DNA of 63,189 bases, counting the filler, from Reticulomyxa filosa (lineage: Eukaryota; Protista; Foraminifera), in the NCBI GenBank assembly GCA_000512085.1. It is 17 parts of 17 records of this genome, joined end to end, with 100 filler letters (N's around TTAATTAATTAA, not from the genome) between each part and the next. Parts side by side here need not be neighbours in the genome. Positions count along the whole stretch, not along the records: positions 23,507 to 27,905 come from ASPP01006801.1; positions 28,006 to 29,377 come from ASPP01018879.1; positions 29,478 to 31,470 come from ASPP01029054.1; positions 31,571 to 33,870 come from ASPP01020449.1; positions 33,971 to 38,420 come from ASPP01027452.1; positions 38,521 to 47,208 come from ASPP01002562.1; 11 more parts are not named here. One strand, written 5' to 3'. Below the pieces are notes generated by a model, which searched no databases, was not told the DNA's origin, and saw only the letters and a list, made by a program, of their open reading frames with translations. Numbering within the stretch: position 1 is the stretch's first letter; every line of letters starts with the position of its first letter. The position numbers and the translations under genes were made by a program. Below are positions 25,723 through 38,559 of the stretch, piece after piece.

Positions 25723-27855
25723 ATGGTTTATTCGACAGAGGAAAAAAAAGAGGGTGAGAATTATTGGATCAAAGAAGTAACAATAACAGAATTATCACTA
25801 TCCGAAACATTGATATTGACAAATGTCAAAGAAATTGAAACGCCGACAATATTATTTACGACTCTGAACAGTTTAACCCAGGGTCAATTATACAGTGATG
25901 AGGACACAGAATGGACTGATTCATCCTCGAATAAGTTCATTACGATGTATAAGACATATGGATGCAACGTGTGGATTGTCAATTGCAAAGAGAAAACAAG
26001 AGGTTACGATATAAAAGCGACAAATGTGACATTTAGTTCATTTCGACTCAACGAATGGAATGCGCACTTTTGGAATTTTCTCGAGTCCACCTTTGCAAGC
26101 GACAAGCCGCTTTGTGTGATCTTCACATTGGATTCATTTCTGACTAATGGATTTGATAAGGATAGTGACTCTTATAGTTCCAAAGAGGTCGATTATATGC
26201 CATTGAGCAAGCCATTTCAAATCAATTTGCCACAAGATTACTTTCAAAAGACATTTCAAGTTTGTTTTTTTTTTTTTTTTTTTAAACGATTGATTTTTGT
26301 GTACATACATATGTATACGTATGCATAAATGTATACATATCTGCATGTCAAGATTAATTTATAAAATAACATGCATGTATATTTGTTTAAAATATAAGAA
26401 ATGGATGTCACTTTACGAAAGTGTTAGCGTAGAAAAGAAGCTGAAGCTGAAAGACTACAAGTCCTACTTGCAACGAGTGATCCCTGTATTGAATGATCAC
26501 TGGAACACCATGGATTTGGAACGTACACAGCTTTCATTTCAAGGAATCGGCAAAGAATTGTTGGAGTTTGAGATATATTCGGCTGAGAAAGGGTGTCCTA
26601 TTCTCGGCGTGAATCTTGTGAATCGTTTCTTGTGGATTGATTTGTTCCGTCGACGGTTCGTTGGCTTTAATCCGAAAAAACAGAGAGGATACTCTTCTAC
26701 CAATGCAAGATCTGCCGGCAAATGTTTGGCCAATTTCCAGTACTATCAAAATCATTATGCAAATTTACTGGACGGGCCCCAGTGCATTTTGAACTGGGGC
26801 AATGGCCTGGCTTTGACCGTGGACAAGCAAGATGTACGCCTCGATAGTGCATTCATCGTCAAAGCTTTGCCGTTTGATGGAAGACCAGAACAGCAATGGA
26901 AGATTGAAAGCAATGGACTCATTTCATGCCAAGACTTGTTATTTGACTGTTGTGGTTTTCGTTTTTTTTTTTTTTTTGAATTGTATACGTATTTAAAAAA
27001 AAAAAACACTATACATAATTGTGTACCCTTTATTGTGTGTTTGGACGCATTGACACACAGGTATCAGACAACCCAATTTGTTGTCCGAGCAGCTTGTCCC
27101 TTGTGAACCAATCAGGCTTTGATCGAACATTTGGGTTTTTTGAAGTGTTTGGAAACAGCAATGAATCCTTCGTAAGCTCTTTCGCGCGAGCGAAAACTGA
27201 AGGGTATTACGCTCTGGTTGTGGCAATGGACAAAGATAACTATACACAATTGCAGATACAGAACAGGAACAGGGCAACACTCGTGAACCGAGGAATGGAA
27301 GAAAAAGACCAAGAATGTTCCGAGAACGAAGAGCTTTTTGCAGATGATGGTGATAAAGAGGATAATTCTGAGAAGAGCGAGAAAGTAGCTCTGCAGTATT
27401 TAACAAATCGCTGGGGCTATCGGTGCTTTAATACTAAAGAAAACATGTACAACGATACAGTCATAAGTAGTTTCGAGACTGTGCAGAAATGTCGTCAGCA
27501 ACACGGATTTCGTCAGATTGAGTCTTTTCGAGATGACTTTGGATTTGAGCTGGCACTGACCATTTTCCAACAAAGATTCTTTTTGACTGCTCCATACCTT
27601 CCCAACCAGGAATTATGGTTGATCGATTGCTCCTTTTTGGCACCACCGATGCGTTGGTTATTTTTCTCATGGGCAAAGGCAACCACGTTGCATGTGCATT
27701 TAAAACAAACTAGCCTTTTTGACGCTCTGGTCCATCCCACTCGTGACCGCGACAGCGACAACAACAATAATAGTGACAGTGGTAAAAACAGCAATATAAA
27801 AAATGACAACCATTATTCAAAGCCGCCAAAGACCTTGCCCGAGTATCCAAAAATG
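25723..27855 (+). CDS. Large multi-exon hypothetical protein with a ricin-B/beta-trefoil-like repeat; 3' truncated
   Basis: Three long ORFs split by T-rich introns; ILNWGNGLALTV...FDGRPEQQWKIESNGLI fits the QxW lectin repeat pattern. Confidence 0.6.
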
Positions 27856-28281
27856 TTAAGTTTTTTTTTTTTTTATGTCATTGGAAAACATTTGCTAGAA
27901 TTTTCNNNNNNNNNNNNNNNNNNNNNNNNNNNNNNNNNNNNNNNNNNNNTTAATTAATTAANNNNNNNNNNNNNNNNNNNNNNNNNNNNNNNNNNNNNNN
28001 NNNNNCCAGTCTTTTGTGTCTGGTTGGGTAACTTCTACTGAACATCGGGCAAAACGAAACCCACTCGCTAAAACAAGGGTCGAGGCAAGGTGTCTTTACC
28101 CCAATCGGCTGTACTGCGAGCCATGCTGGGACAAAATACTCCACATGGAATTGGATCAAGCATCCGATCTAATGGTAAGGCAGTATGCATGGTGGCATTG
28201 GAAATGAATATGGAGTTGGAAATGGAATTGGATATGGTATTGATATGCCCGATACCAGAAACAAGCAACTGACAATCCAAA

Positions 28282-29377
28282 ATGACGTCAGACAATGACA
28301 TGGACGTTGACGCAAATGGCACAAGGCGAATAGCCATAACACGAAAAACGCCAGAGGATGAAATTGCAAAGAAAGCAAAGCATCAATCTTCGATGTTTCA
28401 AGTTGTATTACATAGCTCGAGTATGCAACAAAACGAAGAAAAGAAGATTGATAAAATCACATTTGAAAATGTGTGTAAGAAAACATGCAAGTTCCTGTGT
28501 ACGAATACGCCAACGATAGTCGTCACTCCAATCAAGTCCAAAGAACTTAAATCAGCAACACCGTTCATTGGATTAAGAAACAAGAATGCGTTGTCCTCCG
28601 GACTATTTGTTCATTTTGCAGTTGATGTTAATGAGCAGCAACTCATAACTTCAATGATGAGAAGGATGGACAAATCGAACAAAAAGAAAATCAAGATTGT
28701 AAACATATTGTAAGGCATTTATCTTAAGACATTCGCTGCTGAACAAAAGAAAAAGCGTGAATAATCCTGAAGTGAATAGATATGTCCTGCTTCGAGGAGT
28801 ATCAACTCGCGAAAGCGATGATGAAATCAAGAAGATTATGGATATCAAATACAAGAAGCCATAAGATGTCAACTGTCAAAGTGCTTCTATTCAAGACTAA
28901 AGATGTTGTCAAGCAAAATCGCATTTCAAGCAATGCAGGAAACCATATCGTTCGTGAATGCCCAAAAGCGCAAAGTATGTAAGTATTGCGGATTGGCAAA
29001 TCAAGGTAAAATGTCGATACAAAAATGACCCAAGCAAACATAAATGTGGAATGCATCATCCTGCATGGTTGGATCAGAATACTGACGATATGGGCGAGTG
29101 TATTCTCGATTTCATTATATTAAATGGATTGCATATTGTCAATACATTGCCATTTGACTGTACATTCATGAAAGACAACGCGACATCAAGCATTAAAAAA
29201 AAACATCAAGCATTGATATCACATTATGTTCATCGTCTATTCTTCCATTAATTGGAGAACGGATGATGTTGAATTGGATGTGCACTCAGATCATCTCCCA
29301 ACACAAATTGAACGACAAAAGATTGAGACTTGGAGGAATTTAATGCTGTATAAGGAATTACCAAGCAACTGTGACGG
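28282..29377 (+). mobile_element. Decayed APE-type non-LTR (LINE) retrotransposon
   Basis: Gag-like NRYVLLRGVSTRESDDEIKK, Cys/His knuckle remnants (CRK..NHIVRECPK; CKYCG; KHKC), then APE motifs HHPAW, GECILDFI..NGLHIVN, SSIDITL, SDHLP; many stops and frameshifts. Confidence 0.8.
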
Positions 29378-30268
29378 NNNNNNNNNNNNNNNNNNNNNNN
29401 NNNNNNNNNNNNNNNNNNNNNTTAATTAATTAANNNNNNNNNNNNNNNNNNNNNNNNNNNNNNNNNNNNNNNNNNNNCCCTTCTTCTACCATCTTGGGGA
29501 GTGCTCTTTGTGGTATATATAAAAAAAAATATCAAAGAAAGGTGATTTTTTTTTAAAAAAGAAAAACTTTTCCACCTACCCCCTACCCCCCCTCCCTTCC
29601 CTTCTCCCCCTTTTTTTCTGTGTTCACTCTGTCACTCTCTTCACCACTTCTTTCTCATTTCTTTCGCATTTCTTTAGCATTTCTTCCCCCCCTCTTTTCC
29701 CACATCTTTCCCACTGATTTCTAGCATCTTTTTCTTTCATTTTCTTCAAGAAAAACGCAATGAACTCCAGCAACACTACGTACACACGTACATACAATCC
29801 AACAAAAAAAAACCAACGATTTTCGCAATACAACTGTCATTATCATCTGCAACTTTCTGCTATGTTTTAGAGGGACATTGAGTGGATGGGTTTCTATGTA
29901 CTAATATCAAATATTTTTCACTCAATTTCCAAAACAAATGGGAAAGTATAAAGAGTGGGTCATTACTTTTTTTTGACTGAAAAGACAGAGTGTGGTATTT
30001 CAATGGTGTTTTTTTCAAGAAAAAAAAGTAAATCAAAAAAGACAATGTGAACATTTTCAATTTAAAATAATCTTTCAATCACATTTGCATATAATGTTAA
30101 ATAGAATTTCAATTCATAATATAAGTATAAATCTTTTTTGCAAACGCATACATTAAATGAACTGCATACCTTCATTATATATTTAATATTTTTATTTGCA
30201 TAAAACGCTCATCACAAAAAGTATTCCTTTTTTTTTTAACAAAAAATTTCAATTCGTTGTACAATCAA

Positions 30269-31470
30269 ATGGCACAAGAATCAGCAAAAAAAAGTTTTGC
30301 ATTTATTTTCAATTTGTCTTTTTGATTATACAATAAATACAACAAATTATTTAGCATTGGGGCAACTGCTAGATGATGTAGTTGAGGCGGAGGGCATATT
30401 CAAAGAGGCTATTAAGGACGAGTCTTACCAGAAGAAGGAAGGACGCTCGTCAAATAGCACCAGAATTAGCCTAGCATCTGTAAAAATAAATTTTACAGAT
30501 GCTAAAGAATGGACACAGTCTGACGACTGTATAAGTGATGAAATTATAGGTAATAATTTACAAGAGTTACCTATAATTTTAAAACACAATTGGCGCAGTG
30601 TCATAAATGACATTGGAAAAGAAGAAAAAAATTTTGATGTTTTAAAATCATCACTGGCCATTCTAGAGGCTATTATTGGCATCAATATTTTTTTAACATC
30701 TAGATGCTCACTATTATGGGCAAAATGCACTAACAAAAAAAGGATTTATTCCTGTGCATTTCCTGACATTATTTTGTCACTTAGTAACAAAATATCTAGG
30801 GAATCAGAGCCAATATATCCTTTTGCTGTTATTGACTTTAAAATGCCTGGCAAGATGTCAATTTTTGACAATTCAAAAGACACTCTTGCAAAAAAATGGT
30901 CTGATATAATTTTTAATGTTGATGATCAATTAAGTTAATAAAATATTTTGTTGCACATTTTTTTAAACGTACATATTTTTTTTAAAACGTATATATTTTT
31001 TTATTGTGCAACACATGTTTTTTCGCAATATAAATATATTTTTAAAAATAAATGAAAAGTGAAAGAAACTATTACTGCTGGTGATTCTAAATTAATTGAT
31101 CCAGTAATGCAAATTGTCAGTTATATGGCATGGTGTGGGGCCAAGGTTGGTATATTGCTAGGATATCCTAAAATTGTATGGTTCGAAATCATTGAAATTG
31201 AAAATGAAAAAATTTTCAACGTAAATGTATACCCCATATTGGAAATAAAATCATTTAAAGATGGTATGTTGGAAATTTTGAGAATATTAAAATACTCAAC
31301 CAAACTGGAGGCAAATAAAAAGTATTTTAGGGAAGTAGATATAGTTGAGAAAGTAGAAAGTAAAAATGATAATGAATTGGAAAATGAAGATGATGAAGAT
31401 GACAATGGTAATGAAGATGATAATGATAATGAAGATGACAATGATGATGAAGATGAAAAAAAACAAGAAG
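30269..31470 (+). CDS. PD-(D/E)xK restriction-endonuclease-fold protein (Crinkler/RHS REase-like) with acidic linker; introns 30294-30354 and 30934-31059 (or 31065); 3' truncated
   Basis: FPDII (PD 30762-30767), PFAVIDFK (DFK 30834-30842), VMQIVSYM..GILLGY..WF (31110 onward); both introns keep the frame and no stops occur. Confidence 0.7.
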
Positions 31471-34329
31471 NNNNNNNNNNNNNNNNNNNNNNNNNNNNNN
31501 NNNNNNNNNNNNNNTTAATTAATTAANNNNNNNNNNNNNNNNNNNNNNNNNNNNNNNNNNNNNNNNNNNNAATGAGTGAAGTTATAAGAGTCTTGAATAC
31601 AGGCTGGCCGCCAACTCTTTAATGAAGGTAAAGATGCTGTTTCAGTCACATGAATAGAAAGTAGAAACACTTCTGAACAGCGCAAAATTGGAAATATTGC
31701 TTATGAAGAATTTGTTAAATTGCGTCAATAGCAATGTTGACAAAATTTGTTTATGTTGAGTGGGTCTATTTTGGCTTTCTTTCTTTTTGTTTTTTAAGGC
31801 TTTCAAATCAAATGAATTAAAATGATTCTAATCTTGCATAACTCAGTAAATATATTTTTTATCTAGAATATTTTGAGCAATTTAGATTGTTTAATCAAAT
31901 TGGGATATCCTTTTTCAGTTATTGAGAATAAGCTAATGCAAATCAAATTATGATTTTAATAACAATAAAAATCAGTTTCATTTATAACATTTTTCTTTCA
32001 AAAATTACAAAATTTTTATTTAATTTTTGATTTGATCAACAATGAAATTTTATTGAGTTATTTATCGATTTGGTGCAATAAATTCACTTATTTTAGTGCT
32101 TAAATTTATTCAAGATTTGAAACAATAGAATGTTTGAAAAGGTATCAACTAAAGAATTTGAGGAATCAACAATTAATTAAATAGTGCAAAAAGGAAGAGT
32201 CAATCATTATCAACTTCTCCAATACATATTTTTTTCTTTTTTTTAAGATTTCGTCAATAATGCTTCATCATTACCGCAACAATTCATCTTGAGTCAACGC
32301 TTCGCTAATTCAGACAATTGTCTTTATTCCCCAACTAATTTGATTGCATTCACACATAGCTTCAAATGGGTTGATAGTGTGAAATGTGACTGCAATATGC
32401 GAATGTACTTTTCTTTTTAATCGTAATAACTTGACACGCAGCTCTGTCTGCATCGTCATCTGCAACTACATTTCACTTGATTAGGAAATTGCATCTCGTT
32501 TTACTTGTGTCAACAGCAATTTTGTGTTGAATAAGAAACGATAGTCATTCAATTTGATGTCATTTTGTTTTATATTAATCATATTAGCATAGCAAAGATA
32601 GAGACAGAGAGAAAGATAAATAAGATATAGTAACACACATTACTTAACATCAAATCCCAATATTTTGATTATTTTGCAAACAATGATAACAAATACCCAA
32701 ATGAAGATCGGCATTAACCAGCAACTGTTTACAATTTAAAATTGGTGCTGAAACATTTCTTTTTTCACTTGCTGTATAATTGAATCGAATTTTTTTTTCT
32801 ACTAAATATGCTAGACATAAAATACTTGTGGTGATTTGTAGCTTCTTTGAGAATCTCTGATTATATCAAATCTCACAACAAAAACAAAAGTCCATGGAAC
32901 TGTGAAAATCCAGCTGCATCTTTACACTAATATCACCACGAGTATTACTTGTCAATGATCTTTCATTGCAATATCAAATATTTCTTTTTCATTGATATCA
33001 CAATATTTCTTCAAAAAGGATTGCATCTTTTCAATTTGTTGATACTTCGTTTTTATTATAATCTCTGCAGAAGCTTTCAATATTTGAACCAATACATATT
33101 CCAGTCGATTTTCCTTCAATTTCAGATTCTGTTTATTATTTTATTTGTTTTTATGAAAGAAAGAAATACGTATACATATATATTTACGAAACACTTGCAT
33201 TTCAATTGAACAAGATAACCAACAATCCACGTAGTGCGTAATCGACATGCGTGTAAGCAGTCAAATCACATTTGAAATTTGATTAAACAATAACATTAGA
33301 AAAAACAAAACAGTGGCAAATTGTAGGTGTTTCTCTGATACACCAAATTACACGAACCGTGTTTTTTTTACGCAGTGACATCACATAATATTTGTCTAAT
33401 CATTTTTTTTTACATATTTTACAAAATACAACTTCTTGTTATTGCGCTCAAGAAAACTGATTTCAGCCAAACGAGCATTTCTTATGCTTAAAAATTTAAT
33501 GAATGCTGTTAAAATCATTGGACATTTGATGCTATTGATTTGAGCAAACATGTTGGACGATGTTTTTAAAAATTTCTTTGCTTGTACAAAATAGTTTATA
33601 GCCGACCTTCATTCAAGGCTTCCATAAACTTTATCCAGCAATATCTTTATTTTATTGGTTGCTATCATGAACTTGTGGAAGTTTTTAAGATTTAACTTTA
33701 AACTCTTCCTTCACATCGAAAATCACAAACCACCAATACGCATATATACTTTGTTTTCTGTGGCAAGATCTCAAAATTTCCAGTGCACTTACTTTCAGCC
33801 ATTACCCAAAGGGGGCCATCTCAATATCAAACAAAATAAGTGAACGAAAACTTCGATTTTTGATATAATCNNNNNNNNNNNNNNNNNNNNNNNNNNNNNN
33901 NNNNNNNNNNNNNNTTAATTAATTAANNNNNNNNNNNNNNNNNNNNNNNNNNNNNNNNNNNNNNNNNNNNGAAGTAAGTTGTTGATGAAGTTTAACATAC
34001 TAGGGATTCTTCCGTTCACTTGACATTCAGATACTTATAATAGTGACTTATCCTACAAATTAAAAATTATCTAAAATTGTAAATACAATTTGTGCGAGAA
34101 AAGCACAGAAATTTCTTTAATAATCTAAAAACGTTGATTGCTGATTTTGTGTGCAATCACGAATTTGTATTTCAATTCAGAAGTCAACTTAAAATTATTA
34201 AACTCAAGCGTGTACCTTAATTCTATAAGAAAACAGTAATTGCATTAAAGTTTCAATAATTCGTGTACATGTTTCTCACTAAAAAAAATTTTGATGTAGT
34301 TGTTTGTGGACGAGCCTTTGATTAAGATA

Positions 34330-35689
34330 ATGGGTCTCTCAAATTCCAAGAAACTTTTGGAATATGCCCAAAATGTACAAGAAAAAGAAGCAATGCAACT
34401 TCTTGACACTTCGACTTTCATTGATCCAAACTACACAAATGTCTCTTTTGTTTTGTTTTTAAGTCCCAAACGAAAGTACAAGCAAATTGTGACTGCAGGT
34501 TTATCGTGAAACGCCATTGCATTTCGCATGTGCAAATAATATGAAAAAATTGGCGCGCAAGTTGATTGAACATGGTGCCTACGCAAACGCAAAAAATAAG
34601 TTTGAATCGACTCCATTGCACATCGCCACTCGAATGGGGTATCAAGAGATTGTGAAGTTGTTGCTTGACGATGCCAAATGTGATCCAAACATATCATGCG
34701 CATGCGACTTTCGAGCAATAACAATAGCCTGTGCCGTTGGTAATATAGGCATAGTACGTTTGCTGTTGGATCACAACGCATTCATTGAAGATAAGACATT
34801 GATGCTTGCGACAATGCAAGAGCCAAAAGAATCAAAAGAGCCCGCCAGTGAGAACAAAAATAACTCCGACGCAATAGTGGGACTGTTGTTAGATCATGGC
34901 GCCAACGTGAACAGCACGGACAAATACGGAAACACAGCGCTTATGCAAGCGTGTCTTCGTTGCAACAAAAAGATTATCGACGTGCTGCTCAGTCGTGATT
35001 GGACTCCGAAAATCGATTTAAACAAACAAAATGTGTATGGTTGGAGTGCTTTGCACTTTGCTTATGCTGCGGAAACAGAACATCCAAAAGTCAAATCTTC
35101 GATTATTGGTAGAGTCATAACAAATTGTGTGACTTAGTTTTTATGTGTGCTTCGTTGCACAAAAAAAAAATAATAATAAATAAATAAATAAAATAAAATT
35201 CATTGCGACGTTCAAACAAACACATAAAAGAATCATTGCTGACAAAAGGAGCCAAAACTGATTTGAAAAATAACGACGGGCAAATCCCAAGCGATGTGGC
35301 TCCCGAAAACACAATAAATCATGCGACCAAGAGGAGGCGCTTGGGTAATGAAAGGGGCCACGAATCAGTCACTCAAACTTGCATGAGTGATATTAACAAA
35401 GTCAATTTGCTCCATCAATTTGAAAGTCTGGGCAAAAGTGAAAATGAAAACGAAGATGAACACGAAAATGAAAACGAATGCAAAAACATAAAATATTCAC
35501 ACAAAGATCCTGAGAAAACTACTCAATCTAAAAATCTTTCCAATGGCAACACAGTTACGAGTGCAAGGACGGTGTCAAAAAAAAAAGTGTGTTATATGTG
35601 TATCTTATCTTTTGTTTTTATTTGAATTGATATAGAATAACAGCCGAAAAAGGAAATGGAGTGATATTAATTGGAACAATGCACAATAA
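34330..35689 (+). CDS. Ankyrin-repeat protein; exons 34330-34440, 34499-35108, 35231-35586, 35636-35689
   Basis: TPLHFAC, TPLHIAT, GNTALMQAC, GWSALHFAY ankyrin motifs; three in-frame GT-AG introns; MGLSNS start. Confidence 0.9.
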
Positions 35690-36177
35690 TTTTTTGTTAA
35701 ATAAACGGATTTTGACAACTTTATTCTTTTGTGATGGGAGTTTGGTATTTAAATTTTTATGACACTAACTTTGATATTACGCAATATTGGCTAACTGTTG
35801 TTACTACGAATGTTAACCGTTCTTGCGATCGAACTTCTTTTAGTTTTACTTGATACTCGAGGGTCTAAATGGTACATTTTCTTGAAAATAGCTTTGGAAA
35901 GAAAGACATACGATCACGAAACTGAAACAACATGCAAAAAATTAAACTGCCTGATACGAATCACAAATGAAAAAGGAGAATAATTAACAAAAATTCATTT
36001 GTGCTTTTGCGACAATGTGTCGGATATATAATACTGGAAAAGAAGTTGGAAGCTGTCATGGCTTTGAAAAGATTAAAAACAAAAAGAGAATTAGAGGGAG
36101 GAAAAAATAAAGCAAAAAAAAAACCCAAAGAAGACAACAAAAGATTTGTTTCGTTTGGTCTAAACAGATAATTTATG

Positions 36178-38330
36178 TCATATCATCATCAGAAAGATTA
36201 TCGGAGTGAGAGTTTGTAAACTTGCAATTGTTTTTTGAGACTGGTGTTCTCTTGAACAATTTTTCAATAGTATCCCGTAAATCTTGCTAAAAAGTAGCTT
36301 TTCTTCTTCTGCTTTTCTTTTCAGTGATTGTTTTTCATTGAGCATTACTTCGACAAGGATTCGCAATTCACTCGTCACAACACTTTGTTCCTGAAACATT
36401 CCAACATTTCTCAAAGTAAAAAAAAAAAAAAAAAAGAATGAAACAAACAAAAACAAAACAAAAAAATAACTTCTTGCATTTGGAAAATTTTTTGTTTTTT
36501 CTTTTCCAAAGACAATGCCAAAGAAGCATTTTCAGATTGGAATTGTTTGATCAAGGATTTGTAGTCATCAACACACTGTTGCAATCTTGAATTTTGCAAT
36601 TGAGCTGATTGGACCTGTAGCTGTTGTTGTAAGCGCTGAAGAGCAACAGGATTGAATACCCGTTGTTTGCTGTCCATTCGAGAAAGTTTGGCTTTTGTAT
36701 TTTTCGACTGAGGATTGGACAATGGATAAGCACCGCTTTTCAGCTCATGAATCACTTGTTTGGAATGCAGCAGCTGCCATTGATGCAACAAATCGTGCAA
36801 CTCTTGTAATAGCATTTGTTTGCGACGAAACTTTTCTTGTATTAATTCTGTGTTTTCCAGTACATTACAATTCAACGACTCGTCGATGGTCATTGGATCC
36901 CAGTCGGTCTGCATTTAAAAAAACAAGCAAACAAAACGTATTCAATAGCGCAAGGAAAAGGAAGAGAGAGAGTTACAACACATAATATAACATAATATAA
37001 AACAAAACAAAACAGGGAGTATGGTTTGCATTTGTAATTGAAAAAACGAATGATTGATGAATAAAGTTTGAAGAGCGAAAGTGTGCATATCGGAATTGAA
37101 GAAGCGTGAAGTGGCCCAGAAGCGAGATTTGACCTTGTATTTGTGTCTGAAGAAGTGGCAGATATTGGCAAGGGAAGAGTCGAGATTGGACTGAAGCATG
37201 GCATATAAATCAATACAAATGATAGTCGCATGCGAATAAGAATCGAGACAAGTGTCGAACGGGGCATCGGATTGTTTCCACCACGGCTCTTTGTTCTTGT
37301 TTTCTTCTTCCAATTGTCGCATTTGCGTGGCAAAGTGGTCAGGATTCGATACCACCAACAAAGGTTTTCGATTGATTGCCGTGTGAGGATCATCTTTATG
37401 CATCTTGAACATGGACGAAGACTGAGCTGCAGACGGTGACGAAGAAGTCGAAGATTGAATGGAAAAATCAAACCCATTTAAGGAACGAAACAAATTGAGC
37501 CAAGTGTCGATAATGGATGAATTCGGACACAACACGACGAAAAGATTGGAGTGATGAGATTGCTGCAATTGAAAGAACAAGAGCAACAAACAAACGACAT
37601 ACATGTGAACGGACAAACTTCCATGCGTGAATAAAATGCCATCAGTATACGTATGATTGGCAAACAAAATCGGATAACACAATTTCATCGTCATTTCTTC
37701 AATCTTCGTTTCAAGTTCGGAGCCCAATTGCAGATGTGCAAGACGATTTAAAATGTCTTCCAGTTGCTCCGGAGACGTATGCCATTGCTGTCGCTTCAGA
37801 TCTATGTAATGCTCCATATATTGTTGGCCCAGTTCGTCCATTTTCTTTTGGATTTGGCCCAATTCCGTTGCCATTATCTCGCACTTTTTATTCCATTGCT
37901 CGATTGCATGTTGTCTCTGTTCGAATTGCTTGCGCGTTTTCTCATACTTTTCTTTGTATACTTGCGATATTCGATTCGCACGTTCTATCAACCCGTTATT
38001 GATCTCTTGTCGCACTTGTCTCGCCCGCTTCAACAACTCGTTACAACGGTCCTCGCTTAGCACCGATGTTATCGTGCTTCCTGTCTCACTTCTCGTCTCC
38101 ATCTCCATCTCCATCTCTCTCGTTTCCGCCATTCTCGGCATTTCCGCTAGTTCTGACATGTCTGGCATTCCTGATATCTCCATCATTTCTGTCCTTTCTG
38201 CTATTGTCGACATTGCCGGAGTTATCGTTTCCATCGGTCTTGCATTTTCACTGGCTATTTCAATCGCATTGTTTGTTGTCTCATTGATATTGTCATTGTC
38301 ATTAGTATTGACATTGACATTGATATTGTA
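36178..38330 (-). CDS. Multi-exon coiled-coil hypothetical protein, 5' partial
   Basis: ORFs of 430, 167 and 92 aa with heptad-rich Q/E/K segments separated by AT-rich introns. Confidence 0.6.
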
Positions 38331-38334
38331 ATTA

Positions 38335-38337
<3 letters not shown>

Positions 38338-38407
<70 letters not shown>
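38338..38407 (+). repeat. (ATT)n microsatellite
   Basis: About 23 tandem ATT units near the contig end. Confidence 0.95.
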
Positions 38408-38559
38408 CTATTTGTTTATTNNNNNNNNNNNNNNNNNNNNNNNNNNNNNNNNNNNNNNNNNNNNTTAATTAATTAANNNNNNNNNNNNNNNNNNNNNNNN
38501 NNNNNNNNNNNNNNNNNNNNATTTATTTATTATTATTATTTTTTAAAAAAAAAAAGTAC

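Noticed and set aside
31571-33870. Possible transposon or gene on this contig
   Set aside because: No terminal repeats, transposase motifs or sustained ORF; at most a decayed minus-strand gene.
37480-37560. LFVVLCPNSSIIDTW resembling SNF2 motif Ia
   Set aside because: No Walker A or DEAH motif nearby.
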